The notes beneath the pieces were generated by a model, which had not been told where the DNA came from, made no database searches, and saw only the letters and a program-made list of their open reading frames with translations. A DNA stretch of 64,000 nt from a virus. This document shows positions 45,801 to 53,527 of the stretch, in pieces (the first letter of the stretch is position 1; every line of letters begins with the position of its first letter). The position numbers and the translations under genes are program-made. Location of the stretch: the IMG/VR virus record IMGVR_UViG_3300046714_000065, positions 2,436-66,435 of that record; one strand, 5' to 3'.

Positions 45801-48283
45801 CCTTTTGCATAAGCAATAACACCATTAATAAGATCTGGCCACCAAGAATGACCCACAACTTCATCATAAGCACGTGCAAACAGATCTATAACCGCTTTTA
45901 TAAACTGTGCTATAAACTTGATAGCATTAGCCATTAGATCTTTAGAGGCTGCAGTTATACTATCAATCATATCATCAAATACACCACCAGCACTAAGATT
46001 GATCTTTAGCTTATTAAAGTAGTATGTAAAAGACTCCATAATATTATCAGCTGTTACTTTAGCTAAGCTATCAGCCAACTTAGAAGAAAGGAATGTAATT
46101 GCTTGCTCTAATCGAGCTAAGAGTATCTTTACAAGAGGTACAAGGTTTATCTTAGATACAGCAGAACCTATTTTATCAACTATGCTATCTATAATGCCTG
46201 AGAAGTCTGCACTCAGTAGTATACTGAAGCTTTCATCTAAGAACGCGCCTATTTCACTAAAGAGCTTACCTAGTACGTCTAATAGCTCAGCATCGAATGA
46301 AGGTAGTTCAATGCTACCCATAAACTTCTTAATACCATTTATTGCAAAGTTTACAATTTTAATTATAGAGTCTGCAAAGCTCCTAGCCATAGCTCTACCA
46401 TCAAGACCTTCAATAATACTAATTAAAGCATTTGTAACAGGTATAAGAATTGACATAATATTAGTATAAACTTTAGTAACAAATTCAGTAGTCTTAGGTA
46501 AGATATAACCGCTATATAAGTAGGACATAGCTGTGGTTACAGTCTGTATAGCTCGTAGTAATCTATCAAAACGAATGTTATTCACATACAATAGCTTTGT
46601 CTCTACTAAGCCTACGGATGCAGCTAGACCATGCATCCAATTGGTAAGACCTTTAACAAGACTTATCTTATCGTTAATAACTACACTCATGGTAGCCCAA
46701 TTACGCGTAGATAGCGCATCACCTAATTCATAAAACTTACGTGTTAAATCCTGTATACTTTTAGCACCGGCTATATCGTATAAGGCTCTTTCAGATCTTG
46801 TATCCCAGAACCAGTATACATTTAAGAATTCTTTTATACCATCAGCGAATAACCCTATATTAGTTAGGGTATGGGCTGTCATTGCTGTTACTGTAGCACC
46901 TAAGTTTAATGTAGCCATCTCTACGCGTTTAAATACAGTTAATACTGGAGCACCTATCTCTGGTATCATATACTTAAATGTAGTAAATGACTTTATAAAT
47001 GCATAACCGATAGCATAGGCTAGTTTGATAACCTCTACCATTGGTACTTTTAGCTTATTAAATAGCTCTACAGCTCTAGTTAAAATAGGCTCAATAATAT
47101 TCAACGCACTAAGCTCGTCTATCCAGCCAACTATCTCTTTAACACCTCTCATCTCAGCTAAGAGACCCTTAGCCTCAAAGATATTAGTTAAGTTTACTTT
47201 AAGACCATTTATATAGTTTACCCAGAATGACACTTTAGTCATAGTCTGGATATAAAGAGCAAAGCTTGATTGTATACTAGTAACCGCTGCATCAACATAG
47301 TTAGCTAGATCTAAGAAGCTATTAGCTAAATCTAGAGTAACTTTACTAAATATACTGCTAACGCCTGTTAGCCTATCTATCGTACCTACCAGTACACTTA
47401 ATGAATCATTTAAGGCGGTTAGGGCTTGAGATACAGTGATCTTAGTCCTACCAAATTCTTCATTGATATTTTTACTACCTTTTAGGATTGCTTTAAATAC
47501 TTTCTCAGATGTTAACTCACCTTCTGCACCCATAGCTCTTAGCTCACCTATACCTACACCTAAGCCTTCAGCTATTAGCTTAGCCGCTCTAGGTAGCTGT
47601 TCCATAATTGAATTAAGCTCTTCACCTCTAAGAACACCTGAACTAAGACCTTGACCTAACTGAGTAATAGCCGCATTAGCAGATTCCATACTGGAGCCTG
47701 ATATAGCAGCTGCTTGCTGAATAGTCTTAGTAGCCTTAAGGAAATCAGTTGATGATATACTAGCTTCAGATAATGAAATTGCAAACTTAGAATATAACGC
47801 TGTGGTGCTTTCTAATGAAGACCTAGACTCCTTACTAGTGGTAATTAAGTCTTTTTGTAAAGCGTTTAACTCTGCGCTACTCTTAGTGATTAGCATAAGC
47901 TTATTCTGCATATTAGTAAATGCATTAGCTTTAGCTACAACTACGGATAACGCTGCTATAGAGCCTAGTGCAACTGCTAAACCTTTAATAGAACCACTAG
48001 TTTTATCAACTGCTTTAGTAGTATCACTAGCGCTATTACTGATGTTCTTAAATGTAGTATTAGCAGTAGTATCTAATTTCTTAAAGCTAGGTATTAGATC
48101 AGTAATACGTTTACCAAAAGCACCTAGCTTAGTATTACCTAACGAGCTCTCTAATGATTTGCTAACAGCTGTAGCTGTAGTACCTATAGTCCTAATGTTC
48201 TTATTAATTGTGGCTATGTCCTTGTTGGAATTGCCACCTACATCTACGTCAATAAGTATACCGGACATACTAGTCCTTTTCAA
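39893..48283 (-). CDS. tape measure protein (2796 aa)
   Basis: N-terminal tape_meas motif QLGQGLSSGVLRGEELNSIMEQLP; C-terminal GG.I.G.GT.TSDSIPA.LSN.EYVV. Confidence 0.93.
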   Translation of the reverse strand: MKRTSMSGILIDVDVGGNSNKDIATINKNIRTIGTTATAVSKSLESSLGNTKLGAFGKRITDLIPSFKKLDTTANTTFKNISNSASDTTKAVDKTSGSIKGLAVALGSIAALSVVVAKANAFTNMQNKLMLITKSSAELNALQKDLITTSKESRSSLESTTALYSKFAISLSEASISSTDFLKATKTIQQAAAISGSSMESANAAITQLGQGLSSGVLRGEELNSIMEQLPRAAKLIAEGLGVGIGELRAMGAEGELTSEKVFKAILKGSKNINEEFGRTKITVSQALTALNDSLSVLVGTIDRLTGVSSIFSKVTLDLANSFLDLANYVDAAVTSIQSSFALYIQTMTKVSFWVNYINGLKVNLTNIFEAKGLLAEMRGVKEIVGWIDELSALNIIEPILTRAVELFNKLKVPMVEVIKLAYAIGYAFIKSFTTFKYMIPEIGAPVLTVFKRVEMATLNLGATVTAMTAHTLTNIGLFADGIKEFLNVYWFWDTRSERALYDIAGAKSIQDLTRKFYELGDALSTRNWATMSVVINDKISLVKGLTNWMHGLAASVGLVETKLLYVNNIRFDRLLRAIQTVTTAMSYLYSGYILPKTTEFVTKVYTNIMSILIPVTNALISIIEGLDGRAMARSFADSIIKIVNFAINGIKKFMGSIELPSFDAELLDVLGKLFSEIGAFLDESFSILLSADFSGIIDSIVDKIGSAVSKINLVPLVKILLARLEQAITFLSSKLADSLAKVTADNIMESFTYYFNKLKINLSAGGVFDDMIDSITAASKDLMANAIKFIAQFIKAVIDLFARAYDEVVGHSWWPDLINGVIAYAKGINKAYAPIQAFTSSVSTAFKGLHTAIMGSQNPMEVIIERFKQLFKELINTAGAFAQSFGLVIINAIIFGFLDGKARLFFIVEHMLSELWHLVKSDTKLFESILEDIGEMAGVYFEHAAQVATNAINAVIKMLPAILKGIVSQLDGVLGTLLQGIVSVIPNAVLAALLMLAYFLPKVVKGAFSKTIAPALIKPLQAGLANVSKLIPGNSILQTLIVGRHPALLVAAALVATKMVFTAVSAATLGTIGIPLIYLMFMGDKSTAKVTAKLTKDIIGKVLPAIFSPFTTALKAYWEVAWAAIKMPGTIFMGTMKGMFRPETLFQGPPTALNAAADNLNASFRKMFTNIRAGWADYKGNKISIWHLLFGKQGTRKEMAEFKANFSTFFSEMGKSISSRWASIRKSMGAGPGSMRNRIGGSSFGQTAQLAWVASLDAMSKATGAFVGFVSRSWVKLAELTGRLGNGISTAMSKINISSRVIIGLVAAIGLLGSSGAFAVGIAGIGTAAMSATSSIISLTLAILGMYASIKLIQILLKTRKKMTDEGFTFGKALHDSTKESLATMMEMFRVFRTGLGKLFKGIGDLLFKSIDLKKWFTGGLFAKAGDFGRGIGLALGDIGSSIRKFKPPKIKWASLMSGFTDFAVKLGEGGFKLGSRLAGAIGAGASGLASAFRFMITPVGAMITAVTVLTGLLIGVLGWGKAFTDMLYNMGKAVGQFFGFITKDKEEYLKDKFEDIAKAIPREKSLKLFDAQTLLQNVAYLAMTQDQLKELETQLKALDKAQRMFGKDLAQGGGRDYEKGFQRSNDAADKLIQTVSKLPKLTDTAGVDVEYAKLQEAFKQPLIQKERVGNAANLAKQTFEEALKGDFHILLVPEFDIQGDKALADFSKKVQDKISLASVDMGKYKEYIAPDESKRLAESYQKLAKIRTDVSKGVEGSREALIAQGDLTDDLIGKTRTLAKERMETAAAAEYEIDIYRTTALSFSKMIDEQLKDRSKGEGNAAFKFMSDKSLREKADAMKAYGANLDYVLTAGELDTLKLYNDSIDKVVTAIKTGQTKGLGLIERQRANAMISLRNDVDKIFRETKEFGAGLEQALSTGFTELEGTDKLDLIALAPQTARELIDAGAAYKKAEASLYRAVAADTYSEEYGLRDKYHAAAKQARDELKRLNQKAQDALPKDKIEDINKELTKLKLPELTVDQFNMLGDKSKTFADQLRSVSYNYGTLLKFKGSTEEMVKLWGRWKGEMAAVAGQLQALTGTYGALAAATGTNVENLALKPLLARKLKEVDDRVTLGKINLGMNPLEEISKEMTDSIERAGGQLAIDLNTRKVLVAEIEKLATEPFKNINQWHSDDYAKVGLSAPSQADIARAGKGGAARAQAFLDGAARVMEKYKDNLGDPMAQLELANIQEKMNKAFEYKPKDPVNVGDFMDKLGLGPDLADTVLDNMKVLKDLEAQLNKLEVLRKKAPTKGNIAAAREAEDALAKGKEKVTIDNEKYSKKLERLGLGGGLDSVMSQDAVKRVEDIAKYIKEYTELRDKLKPGDSAKVDYSDAIQTLQIESDKELAKARAIIEKKNITYANFISSEGMNEDLAQNLSASAQKQLKNIQDEVAASLIAQGPVDWDSEASVKAAIDFAQGLKDTKERMEAIITDALAGNPLALAKHKLDLIGEDFGGVIYKLDTETLKNVTDLAEAIRKIRNTLAKPTGLTPEQIAAMRAGLEQSERDLQDLKYDYAEMVRAAGDSFYSTVKSGIESQVTEFLMLKQSGMTTLKNVAQDFTQGLVKSFVEGMTEAMFETQATKSMFKDLGSKFFQWGSMILQGIGMFSGASAPAAGSGTVGPGIKFKLAEGGPIFGQGTETSDSIPAFLSNNEYVVRASRAKMFRPVLDAINFGKNTPKFAAGGSVSTGYGTSAMNSAVANRDKEMALMNSEKSLTQTFNIAVTGDISRQTRNEISRMPREIASMVNKQNVDWNKRQ

Positions 48284-48581
48284 CCACTATTACACCATTG
48301 GGCCTTATTTGAGGAATGGATATGAGTGTGGATTCAACAAATTTTGCAGAGGCTTGTTGAGAGTGCCCCTCATTTAATTCTGATATATAAGGTACATTAT
48401 TTACAATAGTACCTTCTATGAGTTCCCAACCATTCTTAGCTCTACCTGTATCTACAGGTGTAGCATCTGATAGCTTATCTACTGCTTGATTTAAAATTAC
48501 AATGCTTTCTTTATCTATTTGCTTTTGTATATCTTTATTCATTTTAGCTACTGCAATCTCTAAGCCCTTTACTTTTATCAT
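48270..48581 (-). CDS. HK97 gp10-like neck/tail component
   Basis: TPVDTGRAKNGW...NNVPYI..LN.GHS.QA motif. Confidence 0.8.
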   Translation of the reverse strand: MIKVKGLEIAVAKMNKDIQKQIDKESIVILNQAVDKLSDATPVDTGRAKNGWELIEGTIVNNVPYISELNEGHSQQASAKFVESTLISIPQIRPNGVIVVEKD

Positions 48582-48937
48582 AGTTGCTCCAATAGGTCAA
48601 GTTTATCACCGCCTACTGCACCTAGTAAATGCTGCAACACAGCAGAGTTACGTAGGCTAGCTACCATCTCATTACGCTGATGTCTTTCCTTATCGCCTTG
48701 TTTCATTAGTGCAATAGACTCAAATATCTTATCAGCAGATTCTTTAACACCTAAACACTGCATTATCTTCATAATTCTGTTATCATCTCTCCATTCAACA
48801 GGTCGCAAATTAAAATAGACTTGCCACTTTGTAAATTCCTCATATGACATCTCATACTTTATGTGATAAGCGGAACACTTTAGATGAAAAGCCAGCTCAA
48901 AGATAGCCAGCTCTTCATCAGAGAGTATTATTTTCCC
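48578..48937 (-). CDS. tail assembly chaperone, frameshifted C-terminal part (gpT-like)
   Basis: The -1 frame from the G GGA AAA site is open through LSDEELAIFELAFHL...EMSYEEFTKW. Confidence 0.75.
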   Translation of the reverse strand, partial: GKIILSDEELAIFELAFHLKCSAYHIKYEMSYEEFTKWQVYFNLRPVEWRDDNRIMKIMQCLGVKESADKIFESIALMKQGDKERHQRNEMVASLRNSAVLQHLLGAVGGDKLDLLEQL

Positions 48938-49230
48938 TTTGTATCATCCCCCATACCGGAGTACTTCATGATCTCAGTCGAGAGAGTAGCGAGTTCAGCC
49001 ATAGGCAGCTTATTGAACTCTTCATCAGTCAGCTCATTAGCTTCTTCTACAGAGCTACGGATAATCTTACGAAGAACACGCAAACCATCAGTGTTATCTT
49101 CTTTAAGATCAGCACTCTCAGTTTGGAGTGCTAGTACTTCTTCCACGCTAAGCTTATTGATAACAATATCCTCATTCATAAACTTAACCTTCTTCGAAAC
49201 ACGCTTACCAACAAGGCTCTTCATGCTCAT
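48928..49230 (-). CDS. tail assembly chaperone (gpG-like)
   Basis: Lies between the major tail and TMP genes; ends AAG GGA AAA TAA. Confidence 0.8.
   Translation of the reverse strand: MSMKSLVGKRVSKKVKFMNEDIVINKLSVEEVLALQTESADLKEDNTDGLRVLRKIIRSSVEEANELTDEEFNKLPMAELATLSTEIMKYSGMGDDTKGK
48931..48937 (-). other. programmed -1 frameshift slippery site GGGAAAA
   Basis: X XXY YYZ heptamer in the correct phase, immediately before the stop codon. Confidence 0.75.
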
Positions 49231-49466
49231 TTCTTCTCTCCGGTGGTCAATACCATTTGATTCAATTTATTTCGCATGCCATGTAGCATTGCGAGCGTTT
49301 TGAAGATTTCAGTAGATTTATCCACATCACCTTCAAATTCAGGAATGCGATTAAACGTCTTCTCAATGCTACTTGTTATGCATCTTTGCATATGAATTAT
49401 AGTGACACTGAGAACAAATCGCATATCAAAGGGAGCTTTATATTTTACATCAATCATGATGTACAA
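49227..49466 (-). CDS. hypothetical protein
   Basis: ATGA-coupled to the chaperone gene. Confidence 0.55.
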   Translation of the reverse strand: MYIMIDVKYKAPFDMRFVLSVTIIHMQRCITSSIEKTFNRIPEFEGDVDKSTEIFKTLAMLHGMRNKLNQMVLTTGEKK

Positions 49467-49498
49467 TCCCCTTATGTTACAATATGCAAGATTTTGGT

Positions 49499-49527
49499 AA
49501 AAAGGCGCCTCCGTAAAGAGACGCCCT
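49499..49527 (-). terminator. intrinsic terminator after the major tail protein gene
   Basis: GGGCGTCTC-TTTAC-GGAGGCGCC-TTTTT on the minus strand. Confidence 0.7.
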
Positions 49528-49544
49528 TGAGTGCTTAATTAAGC

Positions 49545-50162
49545 TTATGCAACAGGATCTTCTGCAGTAGCAGCAACCGTGTAAGCACCATAAACCTTAG
49601 AGTTCATGGTGATAGCAATGGTCGCCTGGTTAGCATCAGTCAGATTAGGCGTCACAAGCAGTGAGTCAATCTTACCAACGAAGTACCAAATAGTGTTTTC
49701 AACCTGACCAAGACCAGTGGCATTAGAGCCCCACAGCGGAGGAGGGGTATTAAGCAGTGCAAAGCGAAATGTGCCTTGCTTACCAGTGCCAATAAGACCA
49801 CCCAGTTTAGCAGTGGTAGCCCAGTCAGTTGCAACGTAATTGAGCGTAATCTCCATAGAAGGAGCATCAGCTTGACCTTGAATCTGCAGAGAAGTAGACT
49901 GACCGTAAGTTGGGACGTTAACAATGTTAGGCGGAGTGCCGATAGCCGGGAAAGTACGCACATTATGAATGCGTACAAAGGTACCAACAGCTCCAACACC
50001 ACCAACGGATGCAATTTCAGTTGCAAACAGCGCATTAAACGCCGTTTCCAGAGCTGCAGGCGGCAAAGTAAGGCTTGGCGGAGGTGCTGCGCCTGCTGCA
50101 TCAAATGCAACAGACATGTCAGAGAACATACCTGCGCCAATAGAATTGATGTGGCTCATCAA
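49545..50162 (-). CDS. major tail (tube) protein
   Basis: VR.FP.IGTPPNIVNVP.YG..TS.QIQGQADAP.MEIT.NY; position; strongly biased codon usage. Confidence 0.85.
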   Translation of the reverse strand: MMSHINSIGAGMFSDMSVAFDAAGAAPPPSLTLPPAALETAFNALFATEIASVGGVGAVGTFVRIHNVRTFPAIGTPPNIVNVPTYGQSTSLQIQGQADAPSMEITLNYVATDWATTAKLGGLIGTGKQGTFRFALLNTPPPLWGSNATGLGQVENTIWYFVGKIDSLLVTPNLTDANQATIAITMNSKVYGAYTVAATAEDPVA

Positions 50163-50620
50163 AGTTCCTTCCGATAGAAACCAAATTGAATTTGGTAGTT
50201 AGACATCAGAAACGCCTTACTACCAGGTGATTCTCCACGAACAGAAAAGTTACTATTACGTTGAAACTGTGTGACCGCATCGCTAGGATCAAACTCATGT
50301 TGTGAGGGTGATGCAATTATGGCCAGCTTAAAAGATTTTCCAGCTAGGTACTTATCTAAGATATCTGCTATTTCATAAGCTCTTTTGGGTCCAAGGTCTA
50401 GTGTCGTGTAGACTTCTACATAAAGGATACCTACTAGGCTATCTTTACTTCCTGCACCATTCACTACTGGATTGAATTCAATATACTCTTGTACTGGTTT
50501 AGAACCTGTAAAGCCTTTAGGTATAATAGCTAGTTGTTCTGAAATCCAGGCAGATGATGCGAATATCTGGAAGAGATGATCTTGTAGGGTAGCATATCGG
50601 TTTAGTACGATAGTGCTCAT
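50159..50620 (-). CDS. tail terminator/completion protein
   Basis: Synteny; G.L.VEVYT....GPKRA.EIAD.LD.YL.GK. Confidence 0.65.
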   Translation of the reverse strand: MSTIVLNRYATLQDHLFQIFASSAWISEQLAIIPKGFTGSKPVQEYIEFNPVVNGAGSKDSLVGILYVEVYTTLDLGPKRAYEIADILDKYLAGKSFKLAIIASPSQHEFDPSDAVTQFQRNSNFSVRGESPGSKAFLMSNYQIQFGFYRKEL

Positions 50621-51042
50621 GCTGTACTCTCACTAAGTTCTATGGTAACTGAATACCCATTGTTGATAGCAGGATTAAGGAGCTTGTACTCATTAGTTCT
50701 AATCCTAACCTTTGTATACACACTAGGAACTAGCATGTCTATGTCGCTAAAGTCTTCGTAGTTGAATATAATTTTGGTAATTACTGTATTATCTTCTCTT
50801 TTAACTTTAGTCTCTACACCTAAGATAGTACGAACAAGCTCCTCTCCGAAGACAGGAAGCCCAGTCGTATAGTCAAACGAATCTGCTGATTTACCTATAA
50901 ACATAATTGGGGTCTTAAGATCACCTAACATAGCGAAGGCTTTCTTGACATTAGCTTTAACCATATTTCTCATAACGTTCTCCTTAATTAGCTCGCCACC
51001 AAGCACCTGGAGGCCTACCAGAGGTTGCCATACCATTCTCAT
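50617..51042 (-). CDS. head closure protein (likely start at MRNMV, about 50973)
   Basis: Synteny between the adaptor and terminator genes. Confidence 0.55.
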   Translation of the reverse strand: MRMVWQPLVGLQVLGGELIKENVMRNMVKANVKKAFAMLGDLKTPIMFIGKSADSFDYTTGLPVFGEELVRTILGVETKVKREDNTVITKIIFNYEDFSDIDMLVPSVYTKVRIRTNEYKLLNPAINNGYSVTIELSESTA

Positions 51043-51496
51043 ACCGTAGAGGATCGATTAGACCAGAGACGGTACTAGAGAGAGCTGGTACTGCAGCAGC
51101 ACCTGATTGTAGACCTTCTAACTCTATAACATCAACCTTAATACGATCAGGAGACCCAGAAGCATCTAGCAGACCATCGTTGTTCAACATATGGTATGCA
51201 TACTCCATATTAGCTGTAGTAATTCTTTTAGGTACTGCTGTTCCATCAAGCTTTACTATTTCATTATATAAAGGCTCAAAATAAGAACCTATCCGTGGAA
51301 AAGCGAGGGATTGAGACTTGTCTGCAATAACACCTATCCACCGAGTGAGGTTCAATTGCTGAGCAGCTGTAATAAGAGCTTGAGCCTTAGTTCCATCATC
51401 AGCTTCAGACCAGGCAGCTACATTAACTCTATCAGCAAAATAGAGATTTGCCTCATCTAAGGTGACATAGGAGTTTACACCCACTGTTAAAGCCAT
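50984..51496 (-). CDS. head-tail adaptor (DnaT-like phage family)
   Basis: NSYVTLDEA..YF..R, ALI.A...L...W.G......Q.LAFPR. Confidence 0.8.
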   Translation of the reverse strand: MALTVGVNSYVTLDEANLYFADRVNVAAWSEADDGTKAQALITAAQQLNLTRWIGVIADKSQSLAFPRIGSYFEPLYNEIVKLDGTAVPKRITTANMEYAYHMLNNDGLLDASGSPDRIKVDVIELEGLQSGAAAVPALSSTVSGLIDPLRYENGMATSGRPPGAWWRAN

Positions 51497-51527
51497 TGCA
51501 ACCTCCTTTGGTGAATAGATCTATAGC

Positions 51528-52718
51528 TTAACTGTGGAAGATAGGGAGAATGCCCAGCGACAGGACAGAAGTAGCCTTACGCTCGAATGCACCCTTAGTG
51601 GTGGCATCAATCGGAGCACCAGCCAGAGTAGTCATATTATCAGCACCATGACCAACTTCCGTCCAAGCAGTAGTACGCACGAAGGCATCTTCATTGCCGA
51701 ACCAGTTATAGCCACGCGGATGCAGGATATAACCCCAGCGATACCAGATATCAGTAGTACCACCACCATGATAGGAGGCAGCATTACGCTGGATTTCAAC
51801 AGGGATAGGCACCGACAGCTCTTCCATGATAACACTGTTAGGCAGGATAATCATCGAGGTCTTAGGACCAACGATATCCACACCAGCACCACCATTAATA
51901 CTCGTAAGCTCAGCAGCACTAAACGAGAGATTAGTACGGGAAGGAATCAGACGGAACTTGCCATTAAGAATGGTACTAAACTCGATATTACCTTCAGTAA
52001 CACGGTCAGTATCAACCATGTTAGCAGCACGCAAGCTAGCCAACACTTGCGGAGTAACGGTCAGATAAGCAAACGGCGGCTCATAATCCTTCCAACCCAT
52101 GCCAAGAGCATCGAGGAAGAATTGTGCACGAGCAGCACCTTGCACAGCTGCAGTGGAATCCATGATGATCTTATTCAGACCCAGGTCCACATAGAAGCCA
52201 TAAGCTGGGTTTTCAGGATCATTGTCAAAGGTTTGACCACCCAGACCAACAGGGAAGCCCTTGCCACCGTTAGCAGCACCAATCACTGCTTCAGAAACAG
52301 CAACACCCTTCAACACTGCAACCAAAGAGTCGTTCTGATCTTGAGACTTGGTCTCAGAGAAGTCCTTGCCGATCTTGGCCAAGCCATCTTCTTGAGAGAC
52401 AACAGTCTGCATATTAACCTGCATAGCGCCATGCGTACGGACAGTCTTGACGTATTTCGCCATGTCCGTATCAACGCCAGTACGCAGACCGTCAGTCGGA
52501 TCGACCAACGATGCAACGTTGATAACCGGCTTCAGAGGCTTCTTCCAACGAAGCTGACCAATAAAGGTCTCTGTAGATTTATCAATTTGTGCTTCAGCAC
52601 CAGTAATGCCAGTACCCAAGTACTTCTTGGCATTAGTATAGGCTTCATCAGTATAGGCTGCAATTGATTCTTGCAGGACCCATTCTTCTGCGCCTGGAAT
52701 GTCTTTACGTGCACCCAT
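51528..52718 (-). CDS. major capsid protein
   Basis: 396 aa, following the scaffold gene; VEIQRNA....GGG...IWYRWGYILHP.GY.W; biased codon usage. Confidence 0.88.
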   Translation of the reverse strand: MGARKDIPGAEEWVLQESIAAYTDEAYTNAKKYLGTGITGAEAQIDKSTETFIGQLRWKKPLKPVINVASLVDPTDGLRTGVDTDMAKYVKTVRTHGAMQVNMQTVVSQEDGLAKIGKDFSETKSQDQNDSLVAVLKGVAVSEAVIGAANGGKGFPVGLGGQTFDNDPENPAYGFYVDLGLNKIIMDSTAAVQGAARAQFFLDALGMGWKDYEPPFAYLTVTPQVLASLRAANMVDTDRVTEGNIEFSTILNGKFRLIPSRTNLSFSAAELTSINGGAGVDIVGPKTSMIILPNSVIMEELSVPIPVEIQRNAASYHGGGTTDIWYRWGYILHPRGYNWFGNEDAFVRTTAWTEVGHGADNMTTLAGAPIDATTKGAFERKATSVLSLGILPIFHS

Positions 52719-52731
52719 TGCGATTCCTTAA

Positions 52732-53478
52732 TTACTTACGTGTTGGTAGTTTACCCTCCGCAGCCATCTTCATGACATCAGCTTGTGACATCTTAAAGAG
52801 GGATTTGGGAGTACCGCCTCCATTAACACCAGGCCTGTTATTACCCAGTCCAGTATTAACTTCTGGTTCAAAGAGGAAAGCGTTAGCCTCATCTTTGGCG
52901 AAAGTAGCCACAAAATCATTCAGCTTAACACCAGTCCTATGTACCCATTCACCCTTGTCATTCCTTACTAGTTGATCGCTAATTTCTTTAAAAGCCATAT
53001 TAGAAGCCTTTACACTCCTAAACTTGTATTCCTTTAATTTCTCCTTTACTTCTGAGTCACGTGTAGCTTCTGTTAATTTGGACTTGAGCTCTGTATTCTC
53101 GAGTTCTAGTTTAGTGTATTTATCTGTAACTTCAGCTAGTTGAAGATCGAATGCTTCCTTATGCTTCCCAGCAGCGGATAGTGCATCCAGTTCTTCTTTG
53201 CGCTTCTTTTTATCAATTTCTTCAAGCTTCTTTAATGCATCATCTCGAGAGGTATAAGCGCTATCAAGCTTAGTCTTAATATCTTTAATGCTTTCTTTTA
53301 CTTTATCTTCAACTAATTTAGCGATAAGATCTTTATCTTCTGCTTTCAGATTAGCTAGTGGATCAGCTGGGTCTTCTTTCTTGGGTGGATCCTCTTTCTT
53401 AGAAGGATCAGGATTGTTAGGATCAGGGTTCTTGGGATCACCAGTACTACCGGGATCTGCTGGATTGTTTGCAGGCAT
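52732..53478 (-). CDS. head scaffolding protein
   Basis: Pro/Asp-rich N-terminus, coiled coil, FLF..G..Gly-rich linker and short C-terminal helix. Confidence 0.8.
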   Translation of the reverse strand: MPANNPADPGSTGDPKNPDPNNPDPSKKEDPPKKEDPADPLANLKAEDKDLIAKLVEDKVKESIKDIKTKLDSAYTSRDDALKKLEEIDKKKRKEELDALSAAGKHKEAFDLQLAEVTDKYTKLELENTELKSKLTEATRDSEVKEKLKEYKFRSVKASNMAFKEISDQLVRNDKGEWVHRTGVKLNDFVATFAKDEANAFLFEPEVNTGLGNNRPGVNGGGTPKSLFKMSQADVMKMAAEGKLPTRK

Positions 53479-53527
53479 TCATTACTCCAATAGGCTACAA
53501 GCCTGATATTTTGCTGTACAACAGCGG

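Noticed and set aside
51534-52667. 377-aa plus-strand ORF and other plus-strand ORFs (e.g. 12797-13513, 47802-48377)
   Set aside because: Antisense shadows of codon-biased minus-strand genes; the whole window is transcribed leftward.
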